Of a stretch of DNA of 60,345 nucleotides, positions 28,613 through 38,676 are shown one piece after another. Location: the IMG/VR virus record IMGVR_UViG_3300031673_013668. The stretch is one strand, 5' to 3'. How positions within the stretch are numbered: position 1 is the stretch's first letter; the number at the start of each line of letters is the position of its first letter. The notes under the pieces were generated by a model that was not told where the DNA came from, did no database searches, and was given only the letters and a program-made list of their open reading frames with translations. Origin of the DNA: an uncultured virus (IMG/VR IMGVR_UViG_3300031673_013668). Lineage: Duplodnaviria; Heunggongvirae; Uroviricota; Caudoviricetes. Position numbers and translations under genes: made by a program.

Positions 28613-30508
28613 ATGAAAAAAAAGAGCAAACTAAAGTATATTGCTTTACCTTTATTGAGTATTCTAATACTCCTTTTCTTTATCGATTCAGGAAGAGCAA
28701 CGTACACAGACCAAATTACTATTGATTGTGAGCGAGAAGGATCTTATACATTATTATTAGATTTAGAAAAATATGATATTTATTATGCAAACTCTGATAC
28801 AAAACATTTTCTTTTCATTAATAGTACAGAATCCTTTTCAGGAAAAACAATAACACTAAAAGCGCAGGATCTTACCCAAGACCTCACACCTGAAGAAGTT
28901 GAAACGAGCTTCTTACATTCCTTACATAACACTTCTCTTCTAGAATTCGAGATATTACGCTCTGTATCCGGCAATCAGATTGAACTAGAAGTCGAAAGCG
29001 ATAATATAGGGCTTTCATTAACTCCTGCATCGCAAACAGCCCCTGAGATAATCCCCCTCCCTATTGAAGAAGAGGATGAAGAAAAAGAGAAACCTCATTT
29101 TGGTCTTGGAGATTTGGTAATCGATGTAATTAATCTGTATGAGGAAACGCCATGGATGTGGGCTCTTACAGCTCTTATTATTATAATCGGAGTAGTTGGC
29201 TTCTGGCGCTTAACTGAAAAACCATATGTTCATGTGCAACATTTCAAGAAATATAAAAGTGAATATATTGGGCGTTTTATTAGAGAAGAGCAATCTCCTG
29301 AGATGCTTGGTTATTGGAAACCATTCTATAAATGCAGTAAAAAAGAGGGGATTAGACCCTTCTATACAAAAATGGATTTTAAACTTATGAACGTGTATAT
29401 GTTTAATTCATTTTGTTATATTCATCAATATTTCCCTGCGATTATTCATCTCAAAGTGAAATTACCTCCTATGTTACAATTTATAGAGCAAGTAAGAAAA
29501 GAGACAAAATGGAATACATTCAAATATTATCTCTTTAGAATAATCTGTGTTTTCATTCCTTCTGGACGTGTTGCTGAAGCATTTTATAACAGAATCGAAT
29601 TCGTTGATAATTATGGAGTTGAGATCAAGAAAAGGGAGGTTGAGCGTAAATTTAGAAAAGGGAAAAGAAAACCTAAAATAATTGAATACAAAGAATATAA
29701 GAAAGATCAGAACGGTAATTTAATCCCTATCAAAGTAAAAGAAATTGATGTCTTACAACATGAATATGTAATGATGAGATTTACTGATGTTGCAGATACT
29801 CGTTATTGGAAAATCGTGCTTGATCCTATGAAAGGGAAGATTATTCAACAAATAACTGAAGAGAGAGTCCCCCTTCATAAACTTCAAACGTTACGCTCCG
29901 ATCCTGATATCATAATTGGTTCTATTCCAGAGGACATTCCCTTAGATGATGACTCCAAAGTGCGCCCTGAAAAATGTGATATTGAAATACTAAAGCACTA
30001 TAAAATCCCTGAGCCTATTATTAATATGAAAGAGGCAATTCAAGAAAAGCATTCTATTGATAACATTATTAGCCTCTTTGATTTAGAAAGCGCTATTAAA
30101 GATAAAAAAATCCAAGATCTGTACTTAGAAAACCATGGCTTAAGAAGCACGCTCAGGACAATGCAGAATGAAAAAGTAGCAGACATCGAAAAAGCACTTA
30201 CATCAATGCGGGAGCAGCAACTATTTAATGAGCAGGATTTAGCACAAATCATAGGGCGTGCAGTTGGTCTTAGAAGTTTATCTATAAATCAAATAAATGT
30301 GATTACTACCGTCATTACAGAACATTTCAATAAAAAGCTTTTTGAAAGGGAGCAACAAAAATATCTTGACCACAAAAATGCTGAGCTCGAACAAAGCGCA
30401 AACCAACAAGCCTCACAAGAGATATTTTCTTATCTTAAGGAATTAAAAAAAGAAAGATCGAATATAATCGAGATTAAAGAACTTAAAGATAATATACAAA
30501 TTCAATAA
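28613..30508 (+). CDS. Membrane protein with external N-domain and large cytoplasmic coiled-coil domain
   Basis: Signal anchor; TM WMWALTALIIIIGVVGFW; heptad-rich C-terminus. Confidence 0.65.
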   Translation: MKKKSKLKYIALPLLSILILLFFIDSGRATYTDQITIDCEREGSYTLLLDLEKYDIYYANSDTKHFLFINSTESFSGKTITLKAQDLTQDLTPEEVETSFLHSLHNTSLLEFEILRSVSGNQIELEVESDNIGLSLTPASQTAPEIIPLPIEEEDEEKEKPHFGLGDLVIDVINLYEETPWMWALTALIIIIGVVGFWRLTEKPYVHVQHFKKYKSEYIGRFIREEQSPEMLGYWKPFYKCSKKEGIRPFYTKMDFKLMNVYMFNSFCYIHQYFPAIIHLKVKLPPMLQFIEQVRKETKWNTFKYYLFRIICVFIPSGRVAEAFYNRIEFVDNYGVEIKKREVERKFRKGKRKPKIIEYKEYKKDQNGNLIPIKVKEIDVLQHEYVMMRFTDVADTRYWKIVLDPMKGKIIQQITEERVPLHKLQTLRSDPDIIIGSIPEDIPLDDDSKVRPEKCDIEILKHYKIPEPIINMKEAIQEKHSIDNIISLFDLESAIKDKKIQDLYLENHGLRSTLRTMQNEKVADIEKALTSMREQQLFNEQDLAQIIGRAVGLRSLSINQINVITTVITEHFNKKLFEREQQKYLDHKNAELEQSANQQASQEIFSYLKELKKERSNIIEIKELKDNIQIQ

Positions 30509-30530
30509 TAAAAAGAGAGGTGCTCCTAAT

Positions 30531-31415
30531 ATGATACAAGAATCTGATGATGATATTATAATAGAGGACTCTGAAGAGGACTCTGATTTCGAAGATGAGG
30601 ATGAAGATAAGGATGAAGATAATCTCCTTCCCTATCTTATCGAGGACTTTTCAAAAGCGAAAGATAAGGACGGAAAAGGAACCGAAATAATCACTGAACT
30701 TTATACGAGAACTCAACAACTAGAGAAAAAGCTCTTTAAACTACAAAAAGACTCTGAAGAAGGACGCACTATAAAGACAAAAAGAGCATGTATCAATGCA
30801 GAAAGTTTACTTGAAAAGATCCTTATTATTGAAAGTTTTATCGAAAAAAACAAAATAGGACTTGAAAAAAGTCTCTCTCCCCTTTTAAAAGATATTCCTC
30901 TTACACCTTCAAAAAAAGATTCAAAGGAGCAAAATGTTTTATTAAATGATCTAAAAGAACTTACTCTTTCATTACAAAAAGAAGCAAACAATACTAGAAA
31001 CATTTCAGAGCAGATTACGTATATGACAAAAGAGATCATTTCTTTAGAAGCAGTAAGTCTAAAAGATGCGTTAAAGCTTTATGGAACAACCAAAGCGCCA
31101 AAATATAAACAATTTGAAATTGCATATAAAGAGTATGAACTCAAGATCATTGATATTTTACAAAGGGTTTCTGATCTTTATAATGATAAGAAAGAACGAA
31201 AGAGTAAAGAAAAGATCGCATTTAAGCGTTATCTAAGGCTCCTTAAAGAAGTTATTAAAGCACGCTCTAAAGGCGCAACGGATACTGCCACATATGCGGG
31301 ACCCAGTATGGAAGACTATTTCAAAGGTCAAGCAGAAATATGCTTTGATGGTGAAAATAAACTTATTCAAAAAAAGATTGAACAATTACGCTTTTTTCAG
31401 GATAAAGAAAAATAA
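30531..31415 (+). CDS. Coiled-coil protein with acidic N-terminus
   Basis: ORF track; D/E run; GAGGTG SD. Confidence 0.65.
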   Translation: MIQESDDDIIIEDSEEDSDFEDEDEDKDEDNLLPYLIEDFSKAKDKDGKGTEIITELYTRTQQLEKKLFKLQKDSEEGRTIKTKRACINAESLLEKILIIESFIEKNKIGLEKSLSPLLKDIPLTPSKKDSKEQNVLLNDLKELTLSLQKEANNTRNISEQITYMTKEIISLEAVSLKDALKLYGTTKAPKYKQFEIAYKEYELKIIDILQRVSDLYNDKKERKSKEKIAFKRYLRLLKEVIKARSKGATDTATYAGPSMEDYFKGQAEICFDGENKLIQKKIEQLRFFQDKEK

Positions 31416-31429
31416 GAGGGATTTAAATA

Positions 31430-32788
31430 ATGCGAATCATAGCAACTCCGATGTTTGTTTATCCTATTGGGGATAACGAATTCAAATATGAAGTCAGACT
31501 TCCTGAAGAATTTTACAGAGAAACATTCTCCTTTCCTGAGACGTTGAATCTGCCTAGCGATAGAATTGAGACAACCACATTTATCATCGCAGGAGATATG
31601 CAATCTGGCAAAACATTTGCAGTTCATTATTTTGCCTCTATATGCAAATCAATTTGGGGGGAAAATATAGATTTTTTTGAATGTGATGACATTTTTTCAA
31701 CAATAGAAGCTGTACGAGCATCAGATAAATATGCTCATTTTATATTTATTGATGATGCGATTAAGAAAGGGTTTGATGTGAGAACCTCAATGCATAGAAC
31801 AACAATTAGTACAAGTGAAAAATATTTAATTATCCGGCATATGATCCGAGATGGGTATCTAAACTCAGATGCTACTCCAAAAAAATGCGGGTATGTAATC
31901 ATAGCGATTGCTTCTCAAATATTCACCGCAATCGATAAAAGGATAAGAAAGCATTGCTCTTTCACATTATTTAAGACGTATGATGAAGAATGCGAAGAGA
32001 AAATAAAGAATCCTGAGTTAATCGACTTTCTCAAACTTGTAGGAGACCAAAGCACTAGAGTAAAAGACTGGCGCTACCGGGCATATGGGGTTGCTGTTGC
32101 GAAGGATGACTTATTTACTCCAGTATTGATTCCTCATGAGTTTGAAGATGTTGAATTTATAAAAGTCAAAGCAGATTCATTAATTAAACTACAAAAAGAA
32201 GAATGTATTAAATTTCTGCTAAAATATAATCTAGAGGGTATTCATAATAATGATTTAAAAGGCGCATTACATATGTTCTTAGATGAGATGGTGATTAGAT
32301 ATCGTTTTTGCGAGATCTCGTCAGGGATGTTTGGGGAGATTATTTATAGAGCTCGAATTATTAATAAAGCGAAACAATTTGGGAAAACAGAGAATGTAAA
32401 ATTAGAAGATTATCTAGACAAAATAGACGAATACTTACGCAATATAGAGAATGGCGAAGAACAAGACCAAGAGGCTGATAAGATCCCTACTCTTGTCGAA
32501 GGGATTACGTATGCCCTTAGAAGGGGTGTAAGAGTTAATAATATTAGATACCCCTTTGCCGATTTTGAGACGATAATGAATGTTTCAGGAGGCGATTATG
32601 GATCTGTGAGGTCCACATTAAATAGTTATAATAAATTTATAAGAATTTTCAGAAATCATTTCTGTCTCGCATTAAATAAGCATAAAATCACTGACGAAAT
32701 GATTGAAGAATATCAGCGAGCAATGAACATATATAAAGAACCTCTAAAAAGACTTGAAGGTCCTATTTTAACCCTTCAAAATAAATAA
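31430..32788 (+). CDS. Zot/pI-like (FtsK-HerA superfamily) morphogenesis or packaging ATPase with C-terminal wHTH-like region
   Basis: Walker A GDMQSGKT, Walker B FIFIDD, IRH and IASQIFTAIDKRIR (Q..ID..IR) motifs. Confidence 0.7.
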   Translation: MRIIATPMFVYPIGDNEFKYEVRLPEEFYRETFSFPETLNLPSDRIETTTFIIAGDMQSGKTFAVHYFASICKSIWGENIDFFECDDIFSTIEAVRASDKYAHFIFIDDAIKKGFDVRTSMHRTTISTSEKYLIIRHMIRDGYLNSDATPKKCGYVIIAIASQIFTAIDKRIRKHCSFTLFKTYDEECEEKIKNPELIDFLKLVGDQSTRVKDWRYRAYGVAVAKDDLFTPVLIPHEFEDVEFIKVKADSLIKLQKEECIKFLLKYNLEGIHNNDLKGALHMFLDEMVIRYRFCEISSGMFGEIIYRARIINKAKQFGKTENVKLEDYLDKIDEYLRNIENGEEQDQEADKIPTLVEGITYALRRGVRVNNIRYPFADFETIMNVSGGDYGSVRSTLNSYNKFIRIFRNHFCLALNKHKITDEMIEEYQRAMNIYKEPLKRLEGPILTLQNK

Positions 32789-32861
32789 TTAAATAAAATT
32801 GAAAAAAAGGAAGTGATATAATATAAGTGAAATTAAAGAGATAACTCAAATAAAGGAAAGA

Positions 32862-33314
32862 ATGATCGAGGCTCAGCAAGCCTATACTGAGATACAAAAC
32901 AAATATCATCGATACGCCTATTTTTTAATGGGGATGTTTGTATTTTTTATTATTATCCTTTTGTTCATTCCCTCTTATATTATTTTTATAATCTCCATCT
33001 TTTATCTTGTGATTTGTCTAGTGTTTATTTTAAATATCTTTCCTAAGAAGGTTAGAAAAGTAGGAATAACACTAAAGGATTTTTCAAATGAATGGAAATT
33101 AAAACAACTATTCATGCTTGAACAAGAGAAAGGAGAGGAAATAACGAAAATAATGAAAGACTATGTAAAGGATGGTTTTTTTGCATGTCAAAACTGCGGA
33201 TCTGTAAATCTCAAATATAACCAACATAGGCTTATAGATATAGATATAATTGAGCTTGACCTAACATGTAAATGTGGAGAGACCTTTACAAGAGCGATTG
33301 CATTAGAAACCTAA
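32862..33314 (+). CDS. 2-TM protein with C-terminal zinc ribbon
   Basis: CQNCG...CKCG; open in frame from ATA 32823. Confidence 0.65.
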   Translation: MIEAQQAYTEIQNKYHRYAYFLMGMFVFFIIILLFIPSYIIFIISIFYLVICLVFILNIFPKKVRKVGITLKDFSNEWKLKQLFMLEQEKGEEITKIMKDYVKDGFFACQNCGSVNLKYNQHRLIDIDIIELDLTCKCGETFTRAIALET

Positions 33315-33318
33315 TTAA

Positions 33319-33825
33319 TTAATCTTTTTTAAATTTCTCTTTTATTTGCCTTAGATAAAATAGTTCGATATCATCAAACTCAGATTTTGAGACGTCTCGC
33401 ACAAGTTTTTTATAATGCTCAAATAAAATTAAACGATTATACGCTTCTGTTACATTCTTTTGAAATTGTATATCTTCCTGATCAAATTCTACTCCTCCAA
33501 GTCTAGTGTCCCCATTTTTACCACTTTCTTTCACAAGTTCTTTATAATGATCTATTAAAATCGCCTGTTTATGTATTAATTTCTCAAGCCTTCCAGTTTT
33601 ATTATTATCTTTTAGATCCCACACGCCATATGCTACATTCTTAAAAAGATGGCGATTATTATATAATGTAGATTCAATCGAACCTTGTGTTGTCTGTCTC
33701 TGGCTCAGAACTCCTTCTATTATTTCCCTATTCCGGCAAGGGCCTTCTCTCTCCAAAAGATCGATAATAATATCACGGATAACAAGATCTTTCTCTTTTT
33801 CTTCTTCTTTTGTTTTTGCCAACAT
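33319..33825 (-). CDS. Winged-helix (HARE-HTH-like) DNA-binding protein
   Basis: IRDIIIDLLEREGP...EII...SIESTLY....FKNVAYGVWDL. Confidence 0.7.
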   Translation of the reverse strand: MLAKTKEEEKEKDLVIRDIIIDLLEREGPCRNREIIEGVLSQRQTTQGSIESTLYNNRHLFKNVAYGVWDLKDNNKTGRLEKLIHKQAILIDHYKELVKESGKNGDTRLGGVEFDQEDIQFQKNVTEAYNRLILFEHYKKLVRDVSKSEFDDIELFYLRQIKEKFKKD

Positions 33826-34175
33826 ATCTTTTTTTATATATATAAATTATACTAAATATAATAGAGTTATATGAATATAAAAAGATTAGCACTATTTAAT
33901 TATTAAATCAAAAATATATCTTCTTAAAGAATAAATATATTATATATATTATCTAGTTTTATTATTATTTCACATTATGTATAATGGTATGGTATTATAG
34001 AACTTGAATCTCACATTATAAGTAGTGATACATAACTAACATTAACCACTCATAATGAAGCATAATACAGGATAGTTAGTGCTAACTATGCATAATGAAC
34101 CCCAATTACACCACATTACCCTATTAAAAAGAAAAATAGTCTAGTTAAAATCTTTTCTAGTTTAAACCTCCTTTC

Positions 34176-34218
34176 ATTATACACTTCTAATAGACTTTTC
34201 TCACATGAGTCTTAAATA
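34176..34218 (+). promoter_or_regulatory. 43-bp conserved promoter element, copy 7
   Basis: ATTATACACTTCTAATAGACTTTTCTCACATGAGTCTTAAATA. Confidence 0.9.
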
Positions 34219-34266
34219 TTTAGAAAAGCATTTTTTTATAATACTCTATATAAAATAAAAAAAAGA

Positions 34267-35475
34267 ATGCTTAAAAAAAAAGAGTTGCCCCGGAGCAAAA
34301 ATAATAGAAAAAAAGTATTCTATCTTTTCTCATTCACATTAATCTTATTTCTTTTTATATGTAATATTCCTCAAGAAGGGAGGGCAATTGATGTTCATAA
34401 AGACCCTAAAGAGGATCTCTATAGAATTACAATATTAGATTTTTTGTATGTTATTGGGGATGCCTATCCAGATATTCCCAATGACGCAGATGATATGATA
34501 GAATTAATTAATGATATGATTGTAAGGAGTCAAGAAGTTGATAACCCTGATTGCATCGATCAGCGAGAAACAAAAATACATCATGGTGGTCTAAATGAAT
34601 TTTTTGAAGTGGAAATGGAAGGAGATATTGATGACTGTGAATATGTGTTAATTTATGCATTTATAGATGCAAAAGCTTCAAATAATTGGATTGGATTAAG
34701 GATGGAATATGATGAAGGTAATGAAGAATTTGCTTATGAATCTCGTAATGGAATAAATGATGATAATGCGACTGGTGACTTTACAGGACATACCGTATGG
34801 ATGGCATTTAATAACACAGCATATTATTTTAGAGAAGGAGACACTGTATTAGTGTTATCACTAACTGGAGATCCTGATTTTGGAGACTTTCTACAAAGTT
34901 ATATTTATTATGATTTTTGTCCCAATTCTGAAATAGATGAGGAAATCACTACAGGCTCCTATACTGGTATGGATCCCGTCACGCAATTACTAGATGACTT
35001 TGCTGACTTTCTTTTTGGTTGGCTATTTGAAGGCGCATTACCTTTCTTAATTTTAATCGTCTTATTCCTGATCCTAGGACAAATCTTATTCGATAGAGTG
35101 AATATTTATCTGCATTGGATCGGGTTCGGGCTTTTAGTATTCTTATTATATCCTATTATCTTTTATATGCTTTCTATTAATCTTATAGGGGCGCTAGGTA
35201 TCCCAAACATTTTCGGTATTATTGAAATGATTATATTAGGATCATTTTTAGGATTCATAATTCTTTCAGGTTTCAATGCTATAGGTTTAATAAAACATTA
35301 CAAACTCGCAATTCTACTAAGCTTCATGGGTATGATTGCTGAACAGATTGTATATTTATGCTTTTATACATCAACATTACAAATAGTTGCTCTTATTGCT
35401 CTCATCGTAGGAGCAATCTGTCTGTATGCCTTACTTATTTATTCCAAGAAAGTAGGGCGCAATAAATTTAAATAA
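34267..35475 (+). CDS. Membrane protein with acidic external domain and about 5 C-terminal TMs
   Basis: ORF track hydropathy. Confidence 0.65.
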   Translation: MLKKKELPRSKNNRKKVFYLFSFTLILFLFICNIPQEGRAIDVHKDPKEDLYRITILDFLYVIGDAYPDIPNDADDMIELINDMIVRSQEVDNPDCIDQRETKIHHGGLNEFFEVEMEGDIDDCEYVLIYAFIDAKASNNWIGLRMEYDEGNEEFAYESRNGINDDNATGDFTGHTVWMAFNNTAYYFREGDTVLVLSLTGDPDFGDFLQSYIYYDFCPNSEIDEEITTGSYTGMDPVTQLLDDFADFLFGWLFEGALPFLILIVLFLILGQILFDRVNIYLHWIGFGLLVFLLYPIIFYMLSINLIGALGIPNIFGIIEMIILGSFLGFIILSGFNAIGLIKHYKLAILLSFMGMIAEQIVYLCFYTSTLQIVALIALIVGAICLYALLIYSKKVGRNKFK

Positions 35476-35494
35476 TTTAATTTAAAAATAAAAT

Positions 35495-36150
35495 AAAAAA
35501 ATAAAACAAAAAACCAAAAAAGGTGATATAAAAAAATGGCTAAGAAAAGAAAAAGTAAGACCACTAAATGGGGTAAAACACGGAGAATCGATGGTGAATT
35601 ATATACTCTCTACGAAACTGGTTCTAAAATAAATATTGAAAAAACGGCAAAATTTTATAGAGGGGCGTTAAATTTAAGGGTACTTCCAGGGAAATCAAAT
35701 ATGGATTATGCATTATATATGAAACAGAAGAAACCGACACAGTTTCAGAAAATTAGATCAAACTTACCAGAACTTCAAGATGATATAGGCTCTACACTGA
35801 AGGAAAAGAAAGAAGGGCGCTATAAAGCTGCGATGAGTTCATCAAGGCTCAAATCAAAATTCACATATATTGGAAACGATGAGGACTTTGACCCTGAATT
35901 TATAAAAGAAGCAGCAAAAGAAAAAAAAGAAATAGCAAAAGCAGTAAGGGAGCTTCAAAGTAAGGACCTCGTAGATAAAATAGAACCCAAAACAGACATC
36001 GAACCCACTTACAAACTCACAGATAAAGGAAAGAAAGTCTTCGAATATGACCCTGACATATTTAATGAAGACTAACCTAAAATCAATTTTATTAAATATT
36101 TTTTTTTAAAAATACAAAAAAATAAAACAAAAAACCAAAAAAGGTGATAT
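35495..36150 (+). repeat. 35-bp direct repeat leader AAAAAAATAAAACAAAAAACCAAAAAAGGTGATAT at about 35495 and 36116
   Basis: Identical leader with SD before ATG 35536 and ATG 36157. Confidence 0.85.
35536..36075 (+). CDS. Basic protein with C-terminal MarR-like winged helix
   Basis: MAKKRKSK; AVRELQSKDLV...YKLTDKGK. Confidence 0.6.
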   Translation: MAKKRKSKTTKWGKTRRIDGELYTLYETGSKINIEKTAKFYRGALNLRVLPGKSNMDYALYMKQKKPTQFQKIRSNLPELQDDIGSTLKEKKEGRYKAAMSSSRLKSKFTYIGNDEDFDPEFIKEAAKEKKEIAKAVRELQSKDLVDKIEPKTDIEPTYKLTDKGKKVFEYDPDIFNED

Positions 36151-36156
36151 GAAAAA

Positions 36157-36450
36157 ATGCCAAAAATAACAGGATGGACTAAAAGGAGTGATTTTCTATG
36201 GACTAATGATCACAATCCTAATATTAGAATCGGGATCTATAAACAAACACGTGGGCCTTATCCTTGGAAAATCTCTTTACCTAATGGGAAAGTCACAGGA
36301 TGCAAAACCTATGAAAGAGCATATAAAATCGCTATCAATTTTATGAAACGAAATAGCATAAAAGTGCATGCTCCTGGTTATGTAAAGCGTCCAAAACAGA
36401 GAAAACTTAGAAAACAAGCTCCTTTAAGAAGTCTTTATAATATAGAATAA
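36157..36450 (+). CDS. Small basic hypothetical protein
   Basis: K/R-rich ORF with SD. Confidence 0.65.
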   Translation: MPKITGWTKRSDFLWTNDHNPNIRIGIYKQTRGPYPWKISLPNGKVTGCKTYERAYKIAINFMKRNSIKVHAPGYVKRPKQRKLRKQAPLRSLYNIE

Positions 36451-36806
36451 ACCAGAATCTCTTTTAAATTATTTAAAAAATAAAGAAATGAGCAAAGTAA
36501 AAAATCAAATGAATGATTCAAAAATAGAATGGGAATTGCGCCAAAAAGAAATAGACAAATTAATGTCGCACTTCGAGGAAGACTTACAAAAGCTAAAAAC
36601 AATACCACGCTCATTTTATTTTCAATATATCCAAAATAAAGAAAGAAGTGATTCACACTAATAGAGATATTATATTTCACATTTCAAGAAAAAGAACATC
36701 TCAAAAATGAGCTTGAAATACTCAAGCAGCAAAATCAAGAGTATCGAACTTTAATAAAAACATTACAACAAAAAATTCAATTATTAAAAAATAAGGAGGA
36801 AAATTT

Positions 36807-36932
36807 ATGGCTAAAAAAAAGAAATATACAAAACACGAGACTATAATGTATTTAAATAACCTTTTAAAAGCAAAAAACATCACACAAAAACAAAAGAAAG
36901 AAATTAGGGAAGAAATAGCCCAAATGTATTAA
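36807..36932 (+). CDS. Small basic protein (41 aa)
   Basis: GGAGG SD; MAKKKKYTKHE... Confidence 0.55.
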   Translation: MAKKKKYTKHETIMYLNNLLKAKNITQKQKKEIREEIAQMY

Positions 36933-36960
36933 TAAATTGTTAAAAAAAGGAGGAAAATAT

Positions 36961-37155
36961 ATGGCTAAAAAAAAGACTAAAAGAAAGCACCCCCCATATA
37001 AAAAAAGGCAAAGTAAATCTACTAAAATATGTGCATATCCCGGTTGTAATCGAACTATAGAGCCTTGGATGTTCTATTGTTATCAACATCATCACATAAA
37101 AAAAGATGACTACAATCCTAGAAAATTGCAGAAAGTCCATGGTGGGTCCAAATAA
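36961..37155 (+). CDS. Small basic zinc-finger protein
   Basis: GGAGG SD; MAKKKTKRK; CAYPGC...YCYQH. Confidence 0.65.
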   Translation: MAKKKTKRKHPPYKKRQSKSTKICAYPGCNRTIEPWMFYCYQHHHIKKDDYNPRKLQKVHGGSK

Positions 37156-37210
37156 TCTCTAAATTAAATATTTTTTTTTAATCAAATAAAATAATAAATC
37201 AGGTAAAAAA

Positions 37211-38668
37211 ATGGTAAGTAAACAAACCCCAAAAAGGAAAATCAGTAAACGAGTGAATTTAGGGGGTTATTATAATAAATATGGGACAAAAGTAGGTCCC
37301 TACAAAAAGACATTTAAGAAATATCCTAATCATTATTTTACAGAACTTATTGATCCAAACACAGGGCAAAAGAGATTAGCAGAAGTCTGGGTAAAGGGCA
37401 AGCAACGCAGATATAAGTGGGTTGATGATCGAAGGAAATTAAGATCAAAAAAACCATTATATACATATACTAGATTTGATCAATTCGCAAAATCATCGGA
37501 ATCAGAATTACTCGAATTAGCAAAACAAAACAATATACATATAGATCTAAATGAATCTGTAATAAAAAGCGAGGTTATATACAAATTATTAGATCATGCC
37601 GAAGAAATGAGGTTCCAAAGAGAGATCAGAAAAGAATCGAAACAAGAACTACTCTCTTTTGTTACGTATCTTAAAGGCGATCCCTCTGAATTCAATAAAT
37701 ATACTAAAGAACAACTTGTTAACTATATAAAGGACTTTAAATCTAGTCATATAACATGGAAACGTGATTATGAGACCACAAATACGCTTTCGAACAACGC
37801 TAAATTTGCGATAAGACTATTATCTAAAGAATATTTAGAACAATCGGGTTCTAAAGGATATCAAGCGAGATTAGATAGAGAATATTTAGTTCGCCTAGTA
37901 GGAGAAAACGTGGTAGATACATTAGAGAATGAAGGCATTATAAGCCCTGTAATTTCATCTAATGAACACGATATAAATTGTCGTTGGCTTACAAATCATG
38001 GAAGGGATGTTTATAATGCGAATCAAAATGCATTTAAAGAATTGAAAAATCCCCATTATATTATAATGCAAAAAGAGATTCCCTCTGATGTAATGCAGAG
38101 TACAAAAGCGTTATCAAAGAACAAAAGAGAATATGCCATTGCCATAGACTTTGAGAGAGAACTAGAAAATCCACAACAAATCGTAGCTGTGCAAGGAGCT
38201 GAGACTTTTACATACCGTCTTGGAGACTTCGAGTTTTTTGGTCATACTCATCCTTCTCGATATGATCCTCATCCTTCCACAGGTGACCTAGTAAATATGG
38301 TATATGGCAAACCAGAATTTATCGTTGCGGGACTAACAGGAAAAGCAATTATTATTAACATAGAAGACTACAACAAATATTATGATTGGTTGCAACGAAT
38401 GAAACAAGAATCAAAAACCAATAAAGACTACTTTCATTATGATTATTGGAGCCATCCCTTATTTGACTTAAATAAAAAAGTATATCGAGATAAGTTCTTC
38501 GAGAATACAGGTATTAATGTGTATCCATATAAAAAAGGAATGGTAATCTCATTAATAAATGATCCAAAACTCGAAAAGAGATTTCCTTTATTCAGTCAAA
38601 ATCAATTAGATATAATCGCTAAAAGTCAAACAGAAGGCGAACCTAAAAAAATAATAAACGAGAGGTAA
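37211..38668 (+). CDS. Basic N-terminus, wHTH-like segment and JAB/MPN metalloprotease-like domain
   Basis: REYA...GHTHPSRYDPHPSTGD (E...HxH...SxxD). Confidence 0.7.
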   Translation: MVSKQTPKRKISKRVNLGGYYNKYGTKVGPYKKTFKKYPNHYFTELIDPNTGQKRLAEVWVKGKQRRYKWVDDRRKLRSKKPLYTYTRFDQFAKSSESELLELAKQNNIHIDLNESVIKSEVIYKLLDHAEEMRFQREIRKESKQELLSFVTYLKGDPSEFNKYTKEQLVNYIKDFKSSHITWKRDYETTNTLSNNAKFAIRLLSKEYLEQSGSKGYQARLDREYLVRLVGENVVDTLENEGIISPVISSNEHDINCRWLTNHGRDVYNANQNAFKELKNPHYIIMQKEIPSDVMQSTKALSKNKREYAIAIDFERELENPQQIVAVQGAETFTYRLGDFEFFGHTHPSRYDPHPSTGDLVNMVYGKPEFIVAGLTGKAIIINIEDYNKYYDWLQRMKQESKTNKDYFHYDYWSHPLFDLNKKVYRDKFFENTGINVYPYKKGMVISLINDPKLEKRFPLFSQNQLDIIAKSQTEGEPKKIINER

Positions 38669-38676
38669 TCATATAA

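Noticed and set aside
6633..34218. 43-bp repeat as a CRISPR repeat or MITE
   Set aside because: Copies are kilobases apart with no spacers, cas genes, terminal inverted repeats or target duplications; a fixed TATA offset fits a promoter
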